Source: an uncultured Gammaproteobacteria bacterium
Lineage (GTDB): Bacteria; Patescibacteriota; Patescibacteriia; Magasanikbacterales; GWA2-37-8
NCBI GenBank assembly: GCA_964355175.1
Contig: CAYHBZ010000002.1
Location: 268,537 to 332,536, forward strand
Length of the DNA stretch: 64,000 bases
Reading direction: 5' to 3'
Shown here: piece after piece, positions 1 through 8,909 of the stretch
Position numbering within the stretch: position 1 is the stretch's first letter
Layout of the letters: every line of letters starts with the position of its first letter
The notes under the pieces: model-generated
The model's database searches: none
What the model was told of the DNA's origin: nothing
What the model saw: only the letters and a program-made list of their open reading frames with translations
Position numbers and translations under genes: made by a program

Positions 1-403
1 TGTAAATGGCCAAGTTATTTTGTATGCCGATAATATTACCGGCTCGATGAAAAAGGCCATGTCGGAAACTGAGCGTCGTCGTAATATTCAATTGGCCTAC
101 AATAAGAAACATGGTATTACTCCAAAAACAATTCAAAAAACTATTCGTAATATTTTGGAAGAGTTTGGTATTTCTAGTACTGAAACTAGAAATGCTAAAA
201 AGAAAGGTAAAAGTAGAATGGCCGAAATTACCAAGCTCGATACTTTGGGTGATATGCGACCATTGGATGTTATTATCAAAGAAAAAGAAAAACAAATGCG
301 CGAAGCCGCCAAAGGACTCGAATTTGAGCTCGCCGCTATTTTGCGTGATGAAATTCATGAGTTGGCTCTAAGAAAACGAGCGGAAGAGAAAGAAAAGAAG
401 TAG
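1..403 (+). CDS. uvrB: Excinuclease ABC subunit B, C-terminal part (5' end outside window)
   Basis: Contains YADxITxSMxxAxxETxRRRxIQxAYN...HGITP and the C-terminal UVR motif MREAAKGLEFELAAILRDEI. Confidence 0.95.
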   Translation, partial: VNGQVILYADNITGSMKKAMSETERRRNIQLAYNKKHGITPKTIQKTIRNILEEFGISSTETRNAKKKGKSRMAEITKLDTLGDMRPLDVIIKEKEKQMREAAKGLEFELAAILRDEIHELALRKRAEEKEKK

Positions 404-441
404 GTTGACTTTTTGGCCAAAATATGCTAAAATAGGGTTGT

Positions 442-648
442 ATGTACAACTGGAATATAGACACAAAAACGCTAAAGAAAGACAAAAAACAGTATGCTAT
501 CTGGAAATTGGAGCAGATGGTGAATTTTGGTTTAAACGGTAAAAAATTGGATAAAAAAGCATTAAAAAAATATTGGCCTCAGCTGGATTTGGATACTAAT
601 AAGAAAAAATACCTTTCTTTGATCTTATGGCCATCAAAACAATCTTGA
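442..648 (+). CDS. Small DUF6922-like protein, putative antitoxin partner of the downstream nucleotidyltransferase
   Basis: 68 aa (MYNWNID...WKLEQMVNFG); overlaps the AbiEii-like gene; TTGACT-17-TAAAAT promoter just upstream. Confidence 0.6.
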   Translation: MYNWNIDTKTLKKDKKQYAIWKLEQMVNFGLNGKKLDKKALKKYWPQLDLDTNKKKYLSLILWPSKQS

Positions 649-1292
649 GTGACAACCAACAAAAACTGTTAAAAATTATTGGCGAGAACAAAAAAATTTG
701 CCAATATTTTTATTTTACCGGCGGTACGGCTTTGGCCGAATTTTATCTTCATCATCGCTATTCCGAAGATTTGGATTTTTTTTGTGAAGAAGAAATTGAT
801 CCGCATACGGTTTTTGTTTTTTTAAAATCTATTCAGAAATTAGCCAACATAAAAAAAATAGATGCGCAACAAAGTTTTAACAGGAATTTATTTTTTTTAC
901 ATCTAAAAGAGGGTGATATCATCAAAACCGAGTTTACTTATTTTCCATTTCCACGAATTGAAAAGAAAAATAAAATTGGCAGTTTGTGGGTGGATAGCTT
1001 ATTTGATATCGCGGTGAATAAAGTTTTTACGATTTATCAAAAGCCGCGCTCGCGTGATTTTATTGATTTGTATTTGATATTAAAAATAAAAAAATGGTCA
1101 ATAGCCGAATTAGTAAAAAAAGCCAAGATAAAATTTGATTGGCATGTTGATCCTCTTCAATTGGCCGGACAATTTTTACAGGCTAAAGAAGTTAAAGACT
1201 ACCCTCGGATGATTGAAAAAATAAAACCGGAAGTTTGGCAAAAGTTTTTTGAAAATGAAGCGAAAAAAATGCAAACAAAAATAATGGAATAG
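627..1292 (+). CDS. Nucleotidyltransferase, AbiEii/AbiGii toxin family
   Basis: FTGGTALAEFYLHHRYSEDLDFF motif; later K...RSRDFIDLY motif. Confidence 0.88.
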   Translation: MAIKTILSDNQQKLLKIIGENKKICQYFYFTGGTALAEFYLHHRYSEDLDFFCEEEIDPHTVFVFLKSIQKLANIKKIDAQQSFNRNLFFLHLKEGDIIKTEFTYFPFPRIEKKNKIGSLWVDSLFDIAVNKVFTIYQKPRSRDFIDLYLILKIKKWSIAELVKKAKIKFDWHVDPLQLAGQFLQAKEVKDYPRMIEKIKPEVWQKFFENEAKKMQTKIME

Positions 1293-1301
1293 GTCAAAAA
1301 T

Positions 1302-1365
1302 AAAAAACCACCCGTCGCATCAAGAGAAAATATTTTTTCTACTGATGTGAGTGCGGGTGGTTTTT
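1302..1365. repeat. 64-bp imperfect palindrome, copy 1 (copy 2 at 5047-5109); also shaped like a bidirectional terminator
   Basis: AAAAAACCACCCGTCGCATCAAGAGAAAATATTTTTTCTACTGATGTGAGTGCGGGTGGTTTTT; differs from copy 2 by 4 substitutions and 1 indel. Confidence 0.92.
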
Positions 1366-1431
1366 ATTTTCTTCCAATCTCGACTATAGACCACTTTCGT
1401 TGGTGGTCGTGGTGTTTGAGAAAGTGAAGTC

Positions 1432-1617
1432 CTATTGAGTAGGTGTGTCAGTAGACTTGCGCCGTACCGGAATTGTCATTTTGTCACCTTCAGGCACGTA
1501 GGTCGCTTCGGGGACGGACTCGTACCGAGGATGTTTTTCTAGCCACCTTTCCACCGCCTTCACCCAGTGTTCGTTTGGTAGGAGCTTGATTTCAACCCAC
1601 CTAGTGTATCCCACCAT
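1432..1617 (-). CDS. Orphan 61-aa protein of GC-rich island 1
   Basis: AAGGAGataaagATG start at 1617; own promoter at 1711-1684; TAG stop; GC higher than flanks. Confidence 0.7.
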   Translation of the reverse strand: MVGYTRWVEIKLLPNEHWVKAVERWLEKHPRYESVPEATYVPEGDKMTIPVRRKSTDTPTQ

Positions 1618-1683
1618 CTTTATCTCCTTGTTCAATGGTTGATATCCGCATAAAATGCGGGCATATAACCAAATGAACAATTT

Positions 1684-1711
1684 ATAATAGCACATTGGCG
1701 GCAAGTGTCAA
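1684..1711 (-). promoter_or_regulatory. sigma70-type promoter of island 1
   Basis: TTGACA-16-TATTAT with TG extension on the minus strand. Confidence 0.65.
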
Positions 1712-1814
1712 TATAGACTATGTGAAGTTGACATTTTAAATAGAAATCATTAAGATATAATTATTAAATTTAACTACCCCCTAGGTATAAGTGACCAAGG
1801 GGCTTTTGTATTTT

Positions 1815-4364
1815 ATGCAAGAAAAAATTGTTATTAAAGGCGCGCGTGAGCACAATTTGAAAAATATTTCGCTGGAATTGCCGCGAAATAAGATGATTGT
1901 GTTTACCGGTTTGTCGGGTTCCGGCAAGTCTTCTTTGGCGTTTGATACTATTTTTGCCGAAGGTCAGCGTCGCTATATCGAATCTCTGTCGGCCTATGCC
2001 CGACAATTTTTGGGCGGTATGCAAAAACCGGATGTCGATGAGATCGATGGACTGTCACCGGCTATTTCTATTGATCAAAAAGCGCACAGCGCCAATCCGC
2101 GCTCTACTGTAGCCACTATCACCGAAATTTATGATTATCTTCGTGTGCTTTTTGCGCGCGTGGGTCGTCCGCATTGCCCGGAATGTGGTACAAAAATAGA
2201 TAAGATGACTACGGATGAGATGAAGGATCAGATAGAAAAAAGATTAAAAGCGGAAAAAAATAAAAAAGGGGAGTTGGTAATTTTATCCCCGGTAGTGCGT
2301 GGCCGCAAAGGCGAGTATTATCAGATGCTCTACGATATGTATAACTCCGGTTTTATGGAAGTGCGTGTGGATGGCAAAATGCATTCGCTCAAAGAACGCA
2401 TTCTTTTGTCCAAAAATAATAAACACACTATTGAAATCGTAGTAGATAAAATTCCAGCCGATAAAATTGATGATCAACGCCTGGGTGAAGCGATAGAAAA
2501 ATCGGTGGGTCTTAGCGATGGTCTGACCACCGTAATTTATCCTGACAAAGAAGAATCAATTTATTCTACGCTATATTCTTGTCCCAACGACGGTTTTAGT
2601 TTTCCGGAAATTGAGCCGCGCCTTTTTAGTTTCAACAGTCCATATGGTTATTGTGAAGCGTGTACTGGTCTGGGAACTCGAGAATTATTTAGTACTGAAG
2701 AGTGTTCGGTATGTCATGGAAAACGTCTCAATAATACCGCGCTCAGTGTGAAGGTAGATAATAAAAATATTTTTGAAGTAAGTCAGATGAATATCGGCTA
2801 CGCGCGTGAATGGGTCGCATCGCTGGAACAAAAGACAGCGGAAAAAGAATTGGAAATTTCCGGTGCGGTGCTGAAAGAAATTTTCAATCGTCTGCAGTTT
2901 ATGTTTGATGTTGGTTTGCATTATCTTACAATGGATCGCAAAGCCGGCACATTGTCTGGTGGTGAAGCTCAGCGTATTCGCCTCGCTTCGCAGGTGGGCA
3001 CACGCTTGGTGGGTGCTCTGTATGTATTGGATGAGCCGACTATTGGTCTGCATCAGCGCGATAATGATCAGCTGGTCCGTACTTTGCGTAATTTATGTGA
3101 TGTTGGAAACACAATTATTATTGTTGAACACGATGAAGATACAATTCTGGAAAGTGATTGGATTGTAGATTTTGGTCCTGGTGCCGGTAAGCATGGTGGG
3201 GAAGTGGTATTTTCCGGGCCAACCAAAGTGTTACTCGGTGAACAAAAAAATGCTAAAGAATTTTTTGGATGTAAAGTAATGGGCGATCCACATAAATCCC
3301 TCACCGGAAAATATTTGCGTCGCGAGGTGCAAATTGCTGAACCAAAAGATTATCGTAAGGTGGATAGTGCTACACCAAAATTAAAAATCAAAGGTGCTCA
3401 CGAACATAATTTAAAAAATCTTAGTGTAGAAATTCCTTTGCGCCGTTTTGTTTGTCTGACCGGTGTTTCCGGATCCGGCAAATCTACTCTTATGCATGAT
3501 ATTTTGCGTCAGTCGGTGGTGAATAAAATGTTTCGTTTGGATAAACCGGTAAAAGTGAAAGAAATTACCGGTACGGAATATTTGGATAATTTGATTACAA
3601 TTGATCAGGGCGCTATTGGCCGTACTTCTAGATCCAATCCAGCCACCTATACCAAAGCATTTGATCAAATTCGTGATCTCTTCGCCTCCACTCCGGAAGC
3701 GCGTATTCGTGGTTTTAAATTGGGCAGATTTAGTTTTAATGTAGCAGGGGGTCGCTGTGAAAATTGTGAGGGTAAAGGGATGATTGAAATTGAGATGCAC
3801 TTTTTGCCAAGTGTGGAAGTGGTGTGTGAAGTTTGTAAAGGTAAAAGATTTAACCAAGAAACTTTACAGGTATTTTATAAAGATAAAAATATTGCCGATA
3901 TTTTGGCAATGACAATTGAAGAAGCAGAAGAATTTTTTAAAGATATTCCGATGATTTATGACAAGCTAAAAATTCTCAATGAAGTGGGATTGGACTATCT
4001 TACTCTTGGTCAGAGCGCCACCACGTTGTCTGGTGGTGAGGCTCAGCGTATCAAATTGTCACGCGAATTGGCCAAACACGGCACTACGAAAACTCTTTAT
4101 TTGCTTGATGAGCCTACTACCGGTCTACATTACGACGATGTTCGTAAATTATTGGTAGTGTTACAAAGATTGGTGGGGCAGGGTAATAGCGTGCTCGTAA
4201 TTGAACACAATTTGGATATTATAAAATCCGCTGATTGGCTGATAGATTTGGGCCCCGAAGGGGGAGACAAAGGCGGTCAATTGATCGCTGAAGGCACTCC
4301 GGAAGAAGTGTCCAAAAAAGGATTGAGTTCCACCGGCCATTATTTGAAAAGAATTTTGAAATAA
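1815..4364 (+). CDS. uvrA: Excinuclease ABC subunit A
   Basis: KGAREHNLKNI, GLSGSGKSSLAFDTIFAEGQRRY, two ABC signatures LSGGEAQRI; start moved to ATG 1815. Confidence 0.97.
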   Translation: MQEKIVIKGAREHNLKNISLELPRNKMIVFTGLSGSGKSSLAFDTIFAEGQRRYIESLSAYARQFLGGMQKPDVDEIDGLSPAISIDQKAHSANPRSTVATITEIYDYLRVLFARVGRPHCPECGTKIDKMTTDEMKDQIEKRLKAEKNKKGELVILSPVVRGRKGEYYQMLYDMYNSGFMEVRVDGKMHSLKERILLSKNNKHTIEIVVDKIPADKIDDQRLGEAIEKSVGLSDGLTTVIYPDKEESIYSTLYSCPNDGFSFPEIEPRLFSFNSPYGYCEACTGLGTRELFSTEECSVCHGKRLNNTALSVKVDNKNIFEVSQMNIGYAREWVASLEQKTAEKELEISGAVLKEIFNRLQFMFDVGLHYLTMDRKAGTLSGGEAQRIRLASQVGTRLVGALYVLDEPTIGLHQRDNDQLVRTLRNLCDVGNTIIIVEHDEDTILESDWIVDFGPGAGKHGGEVVFSGPTKVLLGEQKNAKEFFGCKVMGDPHKSLTGKYLRREVQIAEPKDYRKVDSATPKLKIKGAHEHNLKNLSVEIPLRRFVCLTGVSGSGKSTLMHDILRQSVVNKMFRLDKPVKVKEITGTEYLDNLITIDQGAIGRTSRSNPATYTKAFDQIRDLFASTPEARIRGFKLGRFSFNVAGGRCENCEGKGMIEIEMHFLPSVEVVCEVCKGKRFNQETLQVFYKDKNIADILAMTIEEAEEFFKDIPMIYDKLKILNEVGLDYLTLGQSATTLSGGEAQRIKLSRELAKHGTTKTLYLLDEPTTGLHYDDVRKLLVVLQRLVGQGNSVLVIEHNLDIIKSADWLIDLGPEGGDKGGQLIAEGTPEEVSKKGLSSTGHYLKRILK

Positions 4365-4395
4365 AAAAATCCCCGAATTAATCGGGGATTTTTTT
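4363..4395. terminator. Bidirectional intrinsic terminator between uvrA and the LysE gene
   Basis: AAAAAAATCCCCGA-attaa-TCGGGGATTTTTTT between convergent genes. Confidence 0.85.
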
Positions 4396-5020
4396 ATTTA
4401 TTAGATAGAGCAATTTTTATTCCGAGTGCTATTAGTAAGCCGCCGAATATTTTATTGAAAGTGTTTTGGAAGCGGCTGAAAATATTTTGTACTCTTTTTT
4501 GGGTAAAAAATATTGCTACTAATGAAAACCAACCGGCTTGTTCAAGAAACATTATGATAGTTAGAATAACAAGGGTAGAGGTGGAAGTTTCCGGTTTGAT
4601 TACAAAAGTAAATAAACTTAAAAAATAAATGGTGGCTTTTGGGTTCAGCACATTGGTGAAAAATCCGATTCGCCAAGCTTGAAAAGGAGATATGTCGGTT
4701 TTCTTTATTTCGTCTTTTATTTCTATTTTTGAATCTTTGGAAAAGACAGATCTTGCCCCGATGTATATAAGATAGAAAGCGCCCAGTAATTTTATGGAGT
4801 TAAATACCAGTATTGATTTGGAGATAATCAAAGCCAAGCCGGCGATACAATAGGCGATGTGAACTAAAATACCAAAAGCAAAACCAATCGCTGTCCAAAT
4901 GCCGGTTTTTCGGGAGTAAGTAAGTGAGTTTCGTACTACCATCACAAAATCAGGGCCTGGACTAATGGCCGCTAAAATGTTTATGACAGCAACCGAACCA
5001 ATAAGGGCAATATCTTGCAT
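4394..5020 (-). CDS. LysE/RhtB family amino-acid exporter
   Basis: SPGPDFVMVVRNSL...G and GFFTNVLNPKA motifs; multiple TM helices; start at ATG 5020. Confidence 0.9.
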   Translation of the reverse strand: MQDIALIGSVAVINILAAISPGPDFVMVVRNSLTYSRKTGIWTAIGFAFGILVHIAYCIAGLALIISKSILVFNSIKLLGAFYLIYIGARSVFSKDSKIEIKDEIKKTDISPFQAWRIGFFTNVLNPKATIYFLSLFTFVIKPETSTSTLVILTIIMFLEQAGWFSLVAIFFTQKRVQNIFSRFQNTFNKIFGGLLIALGIKIALSNK

Positions 5021-5046
5021 AGTTAAATTATAGCAAAAATTCATAC

Positions 5047-5109
5047 AAAAAACCACCCGTCGCGTCAAGAGAAAATATTTTTCTGTTGATGTGAATGCGG
5101 GTGGTTTTT
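5047..5109. repeat. 63-bp imperfect palindrome, copy 2
   Basis: AAAAAACCACCCGTCGCGTCAAGAGAAAATATTTTTCTGTTGATGTGAATGCGGGTGGTTTTT; direct repeat of 1302-1365. Confidence 0.92.
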
Positions 5110-5169
5110 GGGGAGTCACGATGGTCGCGCCCCCGATGATGTCTTTTCGGGGGTGGGTGGCTGTGTGGG

Positions 5170-5400
5170 TCACTGGCCGGGCGGATGCTTCTCGTTGAGA
5201 AACGAGAGCAGTACAGCCTGGGAGTGAGCCACATCTTCCGTGGTGCGACCGCCTTCAATCCAGGCATGGGCCAAAGGCATAAGCATCTTTTGACCCTGAG
5301 ACGGTCCGATCCGGCGAGCCAATTCATACAAGATCTGGCCAAGATCGCTGGCGGTTTGATGCAGACGGCTAACCAATTCGTCATTCCTGAGACCTTCCAT
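5170..5400 (-). CDS. Orphan 76-aa protein of GC-rich island 2
   Basis: AGGAGcactaccATG start; promoter TTGATT-17-TAAAAT at 5470-5442; TGA stop; GC-rich. Confidence 0.7.
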   Translation of the reverse strand: MEGLRNDELVSRLHQTASDLGQILYELARRIGPSQGQKMLMPLAHAWIEGGRTTEDVAHSQAVLLSFLNEKHPPGQ

Positions 5401-5521
5401 GGTAGTGCTCCTAGCAAAGACAGGATTGTCTCGCTTACATTATTTTAAAGTATTTTTAGAAGAAAATCAATTTGGCATATTGTTTTATAGAAATTTTTTT
5501 GTTAATATACTATATCTTCGT

Positions 5522-6757
5522 ATGAATGAACACATTGTCAAAAAATTGAAACAATTACCGGATGTCCCTGGGGTCTATCTATTTTTTAGTATTGAAAAGG
5601 AATTGATTTATGTCGGTAAAGCCTCGTCGCTCAGGAGCAGGGTAAAGAGCTATTTTATCGGCAAAAAGTCCCCGCGTCCGATAGAGGAGATGATCCATCA
5701 GGTGGTGGAGTTTATCACTGAAACCACCGATTCAGCCCTAGAAGCAGCCATCCTCGAGGGTTTTTATATAAAAAAACACCGTCCGAAATATAATATTCAA
5801 TGGCGCGATGATAAGAGTTGGAATTATATCGGTATTACCAAAGATTTATTCCCGCAGGTAATCACCATTCGTCAGCACGAATTAACTACGGACAAAAAGA
5901 AAGAATTTAAATATTTATTTGGTCCTTATCCCGGGCTAAATACCAAAGCGGCTATGAAAATATTGCGCAAGCTATTTTTCATTTCCACTTGCCGGCCGCA
6001 CGCGAAGCGACCTTGCTTTTACTATCAGCTGGGAGAATGTTTGGGAGTTTGTACCGATGAGATTTCAGCGCGTGATTATGTGGCCAAAGTTATTCGTCCA
6101 CTCTGTTTATTTTTGGACGGTAAGAAAAAATTGTTGGTAAAAAATATTGAAAAAGAAATGGAATTGGCTTCCAAGAATCAAAATTTTGAAGAGGCGGCCA
6201 GATTGCGCAATCAGCTTCATCAGTTGAAAAAAATTCAAGATATTGCTCTGCTCAATGAGAGCTTTATGAAAGATAAGGTGGGCGGCGGAGCTAGCGCGGT
6301 GAAGCGTGTCGAGGGATATGATATTTCCAATCTAGGCATCAGCGATAAAGTGGGCAGTATGGTGGTATTTGATGAATCTGGTCCAGTAAAATCTCAATAT
6401 CGTAAATTTAAAATTAAGACCGTGCCCGGTCAGAGTGATGTGGATTGTTTGGCAGAGGTGCTCGAGCGTCGTCTGCGACATGAGGAATGGGCAAGGCCGG
6501 ATATTTTTTTGATTGATGGTGGTTTGCCGCAGGTAAATAAAGCCAAAAAAGTTTTGGATAATTTTGGTGTTCGCACGGTGATTGTTGGTATCGCCAAGGG
6601 CAGTGAGCGCAAGCGGAATGATTTTTTGGTTTTACGCGCCGATGATATAATGAAAGAATGGATTAAAAATAACAAAATTTTACTTATAAAAGTGCGTGAT
6701 GAGGCTCATCGCTTTGCTATTACCTTTAATCGCGCTCAAAGGAAATTAAAATATTAA
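5522..6757 (+). CDS. uvrC: Excinuclease ABC subunit C (short form)
   Basis: GIY-YIG (PGVYLF...IYVGKA), Cys cluster, UVR motif, RNase H-like EGYDISN...DGG...RDEAHRFA; start at ATG 5522. Confidence 0.93.
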   Translation: MNEHIVKKLKQLPDVPGVYLFFSIEKELIYVGKASSLRSRVKSYFIGKKSPRPIEEMIHQVVEFITETTDSALEAAILEGFYIKKHRPKYNIQWRDDKSWNYIGITKDLFPQVITIRQHELTTDKKKEFKYLFGPYPGLNTKAAMKILRKLFFISTCRPHAKRPCFYYQLGECLGVCTDEISARDYVAKVIRPLCLFLDGKKKLLVKNIEKEMELASKNQNFEEAARLRNQLHQLKKIQDIALLNESFMKDKVGGGASAVKRVEGYDISNLGISDKVGSMVVFDESGPVKSQYRKFKIKTVPGQSDVDCLAEVLERRLRHEEWARPDIFLIDGGLPQVNKAKKVLDNFGVRTVIVGIAKGSERKRNDFLVLRADDIMKEWIKNNKILLIKVRDEAHRFAITFNRAQRKLKY

Positions 6758-6759
6758 AT

Positions 6760-7455
6760 ATGTTAAAACGTCATTATTTTATTGGTAATTTTGATCTGAG
6801 TTTAAAAGAAATTATTTGTGTGGATACGGAAATTATTCATCAGATAAAAGATGTTTTAAGATTAAAAGAATTGGAAGAAGTAGTGCTAGGGGATGGTCGA
6901 GGCCAAGCGGCGATCGCCCGGATTGAAAAAATGGATAAAAAAGAAATATATTTTTCTATAAAAAGTTTTTTACCAAATTCAAAAAGCAATAAGAAGGTAA
7001 TTTTGTATGTTTCGCTTTTAAAAAGGGATAGTTTTGAATGGTTATTGCAAAAAGCTACTGAGGTTGGTGTGAGCGAGATCGTGCCTTTGGTTTCAGAGCG
7101 GACAGTAAAAATTGGTCTGAACGAAAAACGTTGGCAGAAAATTATTAAAGAAGCGGCTGAGCAAAGTCAAAGTTTGGTTTTGCCGGTATTATCTTCCGCG
7201 CAAAATTTAAAAGATGCTTTGAAAAATAAAAAAGGGGCGGCTATATTTTTCGATCCTGCCGGTGAAGAAATAGGAAAATTAAAAATAAACGATGAGACCA
7301 TTTCGCTATTTATTGGTCCCGAGGGCGGCTGGACAGATAAAGAGATCATGATGTGCAAAGATGCTCAGACGCAATTTGTAAATTTAGGTGAAGCTGTTAT
7401 GCGGGCAGAAACTGCCGCTACCGTCGCCGTCTATTTGGCGAAAAACATTTTTTAA
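6760..7455 (+). CDS. rsmE: 16S rRNA m3U1498 methyltransferase
   Basis: HQIKDVLRL, QKATEVGV, EAAEQS, IGPEGGW, MRAETA motifs. Confidence 0.93.
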   Translation: MLKRHYFIGNFDLSLKEIICVDTEIIHQIKDVLRLKELEEVVLGDGRGQAAIARIEKMDKKEIYFSIKSFLPNSKSNKKVILYVSLLKRDSFEWLLQKATEVGVSEIVPLVSERTVKIGLNEKRWQKIIKEAAEQSQSLVLPVLSSAQNLKDALKNKKGAAIFFDPAGEEIGKLKINDETISLFIGPEGGWTDKEIMMCKDAQTQFVNLGEAVMRAETAATVAVYLAKNIF

Positions 7456-7471
7456 GGTAAAATATAAATAT

Positions 7472-7732
7472 ATGGTAGACCTCAATAAAATCAAGTCTGA
7501 CAGTCTGTTGTTTAAGCAAGAAGTTCGTCTCAAGACAGCTGATTATATACTGGCCGCTTTTGGTTTTGTCACTGGTTTGGCTTGGAATGAAGCGGTAAAA
7601 GCCCTAATTGAACAGTTTTTTCCTTTTAGCAATACTACGGTTTGGGCTAAATTGATTTATGCCTTGTTTATAACCCTAGTTTTTGTAGTGATTTCTACCT
7701 CGGTAATGCGTACCTTGAAAAAAGAGGCTTAA
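7472..7732 (+). CDS. DUF5654-like small membrane protein
   Basis: AAFGFVTGLAWNEAVK...YALFIT pattern; two TM helices. Confidence 0.75.
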   Translation: MVDLNKIKSDSLLFKQEVRLKTADYILAAFGFVTGLAWNEAVKALIEQFFPFSNTTVWAKLIYALFITLVFVVISTSVMRTLKKEA

Positions 7733-7796
7733 TTTAGGCCTAAAGTAGAGGTAACTCTTGACATTTTTTCATTTTTTGTTTATTATATTGCTGTCT

Positions 7797-8117
7797 ATGT
7801 TAGCCAAAAATAACCGTCCTGATTCCTGGCTAGAGGCTTTAAAATTTATCGGTCATTGCCCGATTTGCAATGAGCGCTATCAAGATGATCGCGCCAAGCT
7901 ATTTGCCAAGCGTGATGGCGCCAATTTGGTGCACATTACCTGCAATAAATGCGCCAGCAACTTTATCACGATGATTGTGATGATGGGCCAGGGCCTAAGC
8001 TCAGTCGGCATGGTGACAGATCTCACTTTTGAAGATGTGCAGAAACTTTATAAAACCGCGCCTCTGACAGTGGATGAAATAATTAGTGGTTATCAATTTT
8101 TTCAAAAAAACTTTTAA
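7797..8117 (+). CDS. Hypothetical zinc-binding protein
   Basis: CPIC...HITCNKC; TTGACA(7758)-17-TATTAT promoter upstream. Confidence 0.7.
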   Translation: MLAKNNRPDSWLEALKFIGHCPICNERYQDDRAKLFAKRDGANLVHITCNKCASNFITMIVMMGQGLSSVGMVTDLTFEDVQKLYKTAPLTVDEIISGYQFFQKNF

Positions 8118-8137
8118 TAAAAAATAATTTGTAAGTT

Positions 8138-8812
8138 ATGTCCTATTTGTTGCAAGCGGTAAAACGCACTGCTAAAGGAGAAAAGACTAGAGAAGAAGGA
8201 AAGTTACCAGCTGTCGCTTATGGTGCCGGCAACGAAACTATGTCTTTGGATTTAGATCATTCTCAATTTACTAAACTTTTCAAGCAAGCCGGTGAATCCA
8301 GTTTGATTGATTTGGAAGTAGACGGAAAAAATATCGGAAAAGTATTGGTACAAGAAGTACAATACAACCCGGTAAAAGGCACACCTATCCACATTGATTT
8401 GCGTCGTATTGATATGAACAAAGCAATGCAGGCTCCAGTCGCTTTGAAATTCATGGGTGAAGCTCCGGCTGTAAAAGAAATGGGTGGTACCTTGGTACGC
8501 AATATAGAAGAAGTGACTGTAGAATGTTTGCCAAAAGATTTGGTTTCTACTATCGAAGTAGTTTTGACTACTTTGAAAACTTTCGACGATGCTATCAAAG
8601 TTCGTGATTTGACTTTGCCGGCTGGTATGACAGTTATTGCTCCTCATGGAGACGCTTTGGTGGCCAAAGCTGTTCCTGCTTTGACCGAAGAACAATTGAA
8701 AGCTCTGGAAGAAGCTGGTAAGAGCGCTGATGTTACCAAGATCGAAGTCGCTGGTCAGAAAGAGAAAGACGAAGCCGCAGCCGCTGCAGCCGCTACCGAA
8801 GAAAAGAAATAA
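8138..8812 (+). CDS. rplY: 50S ribosomal protein L25/Ctc
   Basis: PAVAYG, VQEVQYNPV...HIDL, GEAPAVKEMGG, ECLPKDL. Confidence 0.95.
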   Translation: MSYLLQAVKRTAKGEKTREEGKLPAVAYGAGNETMSLDLDHSQFTKLFKQAGESSLIDLEVDGKNIGKVLVQEVQYNPVKGTPIHIDLRRIDMNKAMQAPVALKFMGEAPAVKEMGGTLVRNIEEVTVECLPKDLVSTIEVVLTTLKTFDDAIKVRDLTLPAGMTVIAPHGDALVAKAVPALTEEQLKALEEAGKSADVTKIEVAGQKEKDEAAAAAAATEEKK

Positions 8813-8909
8813 AACAATATTTAAAAAATCCTCCGAATATTCGGGGGATTTTTTGTTGTCTTTTGAAAGCGGGTATGTTAATATTAGAGACGCATGCTTA
8901 ATAATTTTT

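Noticed and set aside
1302-5109. Classical integron or CRISPR array
   Set aside because: No IntI or cas gene, no RYYYAAC/GTTRRRY core, only two copies 3.7 kb apart and no spacer periodicity
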